A stretch of DNA of 27,187 nt. Source: Candidatus Aenigmatarchaeota archaeon (lineage in GTDB: Archaea > Aenigmatarchaeota > Aenigmatarchaeia > GW2011-AR5). A program made the translations under genes and the position numbers. Under the pieces are notes generated by a model that worked only from the letters and a program-made list of their open reading frames with translations, ran no database searches and was not told where the DNA came from. The DNA is taken from assembly GCA_043799385.1 (NCBI GenBank), contig JAZDNV010000027.1, positions 1-27,187 of the forward strand, read 5' to 3'. This document shows positions 24,871-27,187 of the stretch, piece after piece (positions within the stretch are counted from its first letter, which is position 1; every line of letters starts with the position of its first letter).

Positions 24871-25562
24871 TAGCCTGAGAATTCTTCTATTCTTATATCA
24901 TTTTTATTGATTCCTGCATCAAGCAGCATTTTATTCATGGCTTCGACCATCTTCGGCGGGCCTGTTATGTAGTAAACCTTTCCATTTAGGTCGTGCAGGT
25001 ATTTCTCCAGCATTTCTTTATTGATAAAACCTGTTTCTCCTTTCCATTGCGGGTCGTCTGTCATCGTGCCCACAAAAGTGTAGTTATTGCTTTCTATTTT
25101 CATAAATTCGCTGAGAAAGGCTGCGTTCTCTGTTTTTGTGTTTGAATAGAAGAGATGAACCCGATGCGGAACCCCCTTTCGTTTTTCTTCCAGGATAATG
25201 CTGCGGAAGGGGGTTATTCCGATACCGCCTGTAAGAAGCACTGCCGGCTTTTCGTCTTTCAGTGCAAGCGAACCAAAAGGGCCTTCCATTGCTAGCTCGG
25301 TTCCTGTCGCCATCGCATCCAGATTTTTCTTGTAAGCAGAGCCGGTCATTCTCGTTGCTATGACTATGCTCTCATCGAAATTTGACGATGCTATGGAGAA
25401 TGCACGGCTGTTTCCCTTTTCGTCAGTTTCAGTCGGATTGATTAGAGAAAGTATTATGTACTGACCTGGATTAAATGAAAAACCTTTTGGCTTCTCGAGA
25501 AAAAAGGCCATCGTGCCAAACGCGACTTCTTTTTTGTCGATCAGTTTTACCGTATAGCTCAT
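24867..25562 (-). CDS. FNR-like FAD/NAD(P)H oxidoreductase
   Basis: F.PGQY, RAFSIAS, GPFG, GGIGITPF, YSN, GPPKMV, EEF. Start at ATG 25562 (4 nt overlap with the upstream gene). Confidence 0.92.
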   Translation of the reverse strand: MSYTVKLIDKKEVAFGTMAFFLEKPKGFSFNPGQYIILSLINPTETDEKGNSRAFSIASSNFDESIVIATRMTGSAYKKNLDAMATGTELAMEGPFGSLALKDEKPAVLLTGGIGITPFRSIILEEKRKGVPHRVHLFYSNTKTENAAFLSEFMKIESNNYTFVGTMTDDPQWKGETGFINKEMLEKYLHDLNGKVYYITGPPKMVEAMNKMLLDAGINKNDIRIEEFSGY

Positions 25563-25765
25563 ATCACAATCTGGAAGAACCAAAGCATAGCAGCGAGTAT
25601 CGAATGCACAACCGCCAATATAACAGTAATGAACGCGAAGATTTTATGCTGCTTGAAAACCGGTTTCTTGAAAATGTACATCGCTATTCCGAAATATGCT
25701 GTGATGAACAAAGAGATTACCGTTATTATACCAAACCATATCGCCAACGGCATTCCGAGTATCAT
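25559..25765 (-). CDS. Small 2-TM membrane protein with an H-x13-H helix
   Basis: [13 protein letters not shown]...FKQHKIFAFITVILAVVHSIL; 4 nt overlaps with both neighbours. Confidence 0.78.
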   Translation of the reverse strand: MILGMPLAIWFGIITVISLFITAYFGIAMYIFKKPVFKQHKIFAFITVILAVVHSILAAMLWFFQIVI

Positions 25766-26094
25766 TCGACCACTACTTTGCCTTTCATGTTCGGGTGCAG
25801 ACCGCAAGAATACTCAAACGTTCCTTTTTCATTGAAGATGCGGTTGAATGTCTGGCCTTTTGACAGGACCTGGGATTCGAAATCTAGTATTTTAATTGTA
25901 TGCGGAACTGAATCCTCGTTAACCCACGTTACTACCGTGTCATTCCTTATTGTGAGCATCGAAGGGATAAAAGCAAAGTCCTTGATGACAATAATGTTTG
26001 TCTGGTTTTCTTCTGGTTGACTATCTGGCACCTGAACACAACCGCTCATAAAAACTGCTGCTATCAATGCAACGACTAACAGTATCTTGTTCAT
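25762..26094 (-). CDS. Cupredoxin (plastocyanin/azurin-like) with a lipoprotein-type signal
   Basis: Signal ending MSGC; F.P..L.I.....VTW.N.D..PHT and [11 protein letters not shown] type-1 copper ligands (H, C, H, M). Confidence 0.92.
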   Translation of the reverse strand: MNKILLVVALIAAVFMSGCVQVPDSQPEENQTNIIVIKDFAFIPSMLTIRNDTVVTWVNEDSVPHTIKILDFESQVLSKGQTFNRIFNEKGTFEYSCGLHPNMKGKVVVE

Positions 26095-26468
26095 ATTGAT
26101 TTCCACAATCCGTGCACGTTGCAATACTCGCGAGCCTCGACAACACTTGCATCAATGCAGAATTCAGCCTCAGGCTTGTCGCCTGGTTTGAGGAATTTTC
26201 TATAAAGCTTTCCGTCAGCTATGATTTCAATAAATTCGATAAAATGCTTTTCTTCCATCGGGTGCGGAACAGAACCGACCTTTACCTTTATTCCTGCGTC
26301 TGTTTTCTCTATGACCGGAACGTGCTTTTCATTGCCCACGTCCATCTTCTTTTCAGAAAGCAACTCCATCGGCTGGCCGCAGCATACGAGCTGACCGACG
26401 CTCGCGTGCACCATTTCAACAATATTCCCGCATACGTTGCATCTGTAGATTTCGCTCAGTTTTGTCAT
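26091..26468 (-). CDS. dfx: Desulfoferrodoxin (2Fe superoxide reductase)
   Basis: Desulforedoxin domain YRCNVCGN...[11 protein letters not shown] site EKHVP, HPM...[11 protein letters not shown]. Confidence 0.96.
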   Translation of the reverse strand: MTKLSEIYRCNVCGNIVEMVHASVGQLVCCGQPMELLSEKKMDVGNEKHVPVIEKTDAGIKVKVGSVPHPMEEKHFIEFIEIIADGKLYRKFLKPGDKPEAEFCIDASVVEAREYCNVHGLWKSI

Positions 26469-26469
26469 T

Positions 26470-26751
26470 CTATTTCACTAATTCATTAACTTCTTTCCTG
26501 CCGTTCTCCAGTTCCTTTACCTGCTCCTTGTCCAGCTTCAGAAGCATTGTCTGGAACTCGCCGATATGCGTTTTCTCCTCCTTGGCTATGTCGAGCAGGA
26601 TTTTCTTTATGTCCTTGTTATCCGTCATCGCAGCCATCTGCTCATAGAGATTGACTGCATCGAGCTCGGCTATCATTCCTACCCTCAATATCTCTTCGTC
26701 CAGGTTTTCTTTTTTGACTTTTGCGAGATTCATCGGTATCTGGGACATCAT
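26470..26751 (-). CDS. Short ferritin-like (half four-helix bundle) protein
   Basis: LR....[13 protein letters not shown]...[19 protein letters not shown] upstream of ATG 26751. Confidence 0.85.
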   Translation of the reverse strand: MMSQIPMNLAKVKKENLDEEILRVGMIAELDAVNLYEQMAAMTDNKDIKKILLDIAKEEKTHIGEFQTMLLKLDKEQVKELENGRKEVNELVK

Positions 26752-26791
26752 ATGTTTCACCATCAAATAATTCGAGAGAAAGGTATAAGAA

Positions 26792-27187
26792 TTAATCGAT
26801 GCGTCTCTTGTCTTTTTTCAGGGCATTGCTCTCAAAGTTTCTTCCAAGTATGAGTATCGACAGGATTATTACAGTTGTTATTATTCCGATTGCATAATAA
26901 CCGATTCCTATTGCAAGGCCGACAGCCGCGAGAACCCATATCTCCGTAGCAGTCGTTAGACCTATTAATTTGTCCCTCGCATGAAATATCGTGCCGGCTC
27001 CGAGGAATCCTGCGCCTATAACTATGCTGGCTGCTATTGCCTGAGGATTGGAAACAAAGGATATTGAAATCACTGCAAATAAACAGGCGCCCATGCAGAC
27101 AAATGTATGAGTCCTCAGCCCAGCGGGCTTGTGCCTCATCTCGCGCTCCAATCCGACAGCCATCCCTAGTATCGCAGACAGCACAAG
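26792..27187 (-). CDS. MgtC/SapB family membrane protein (5' end outside the window)
   Basis: G..VGLERE...KPAGLRTH..V..GA, G.GFLGAG.I, GLTTA..IW..AAVGLAIG.G. Confidence 0.93.
   Translation of the reverse strand, partial: LVLSAILGMAVGLEREMRHKPAGLRTHTFVCMGACLFAVISISFVSNPQAIAASIVIGAGFLGAGTIFHARDKLIGLTTATEIWVLAAVGLAIGIGYYAIGIITTVIILSILILGRNFESNALKKDKRRID

Overview
Gene-dense archaeal chromosomal window, most likely from a DPANN lineage (fused PriS-PriL primase, archaeal r-proteins L10e/L44e/S15, Cbf5, GINS15, Bud32, GGTGA-type SD motifs). It holds about 38 CDS, including three not given correctly in the ORF track: a partial alanine dehydrogenase at the left edge, a Trm112-like protein, and a small RHH-like protein upstream of smc. 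Main points of interest: (1) four dispersed copies of an 84-92 bp non-coding element with ~15 bp terminal inverted repeats, 9 bp target-site duplications and an internal hairpin showing a compensatory base-pair change (MITE-like); (2) a tRNA-Ser(GGA) split by two non-canonical BHB introns (D-loop and T-loop) that share a sequence core; (3) an intact but much shortened 791 aa SMC in an RHH-smc-scpA-scpB operon; (4) a fused primase with a C-terminal classical C2H2 zinc finger; (5) a PurO plus stand-alone AICAR transformylase pair; (6) a translationally coupled redox operon (half-ferritin, desulfoferrodoxin, cupredoxin, bis-His membrane protein, FNR-like reductase). All calls come from motif recognition by eye; no database searches or computations were run.
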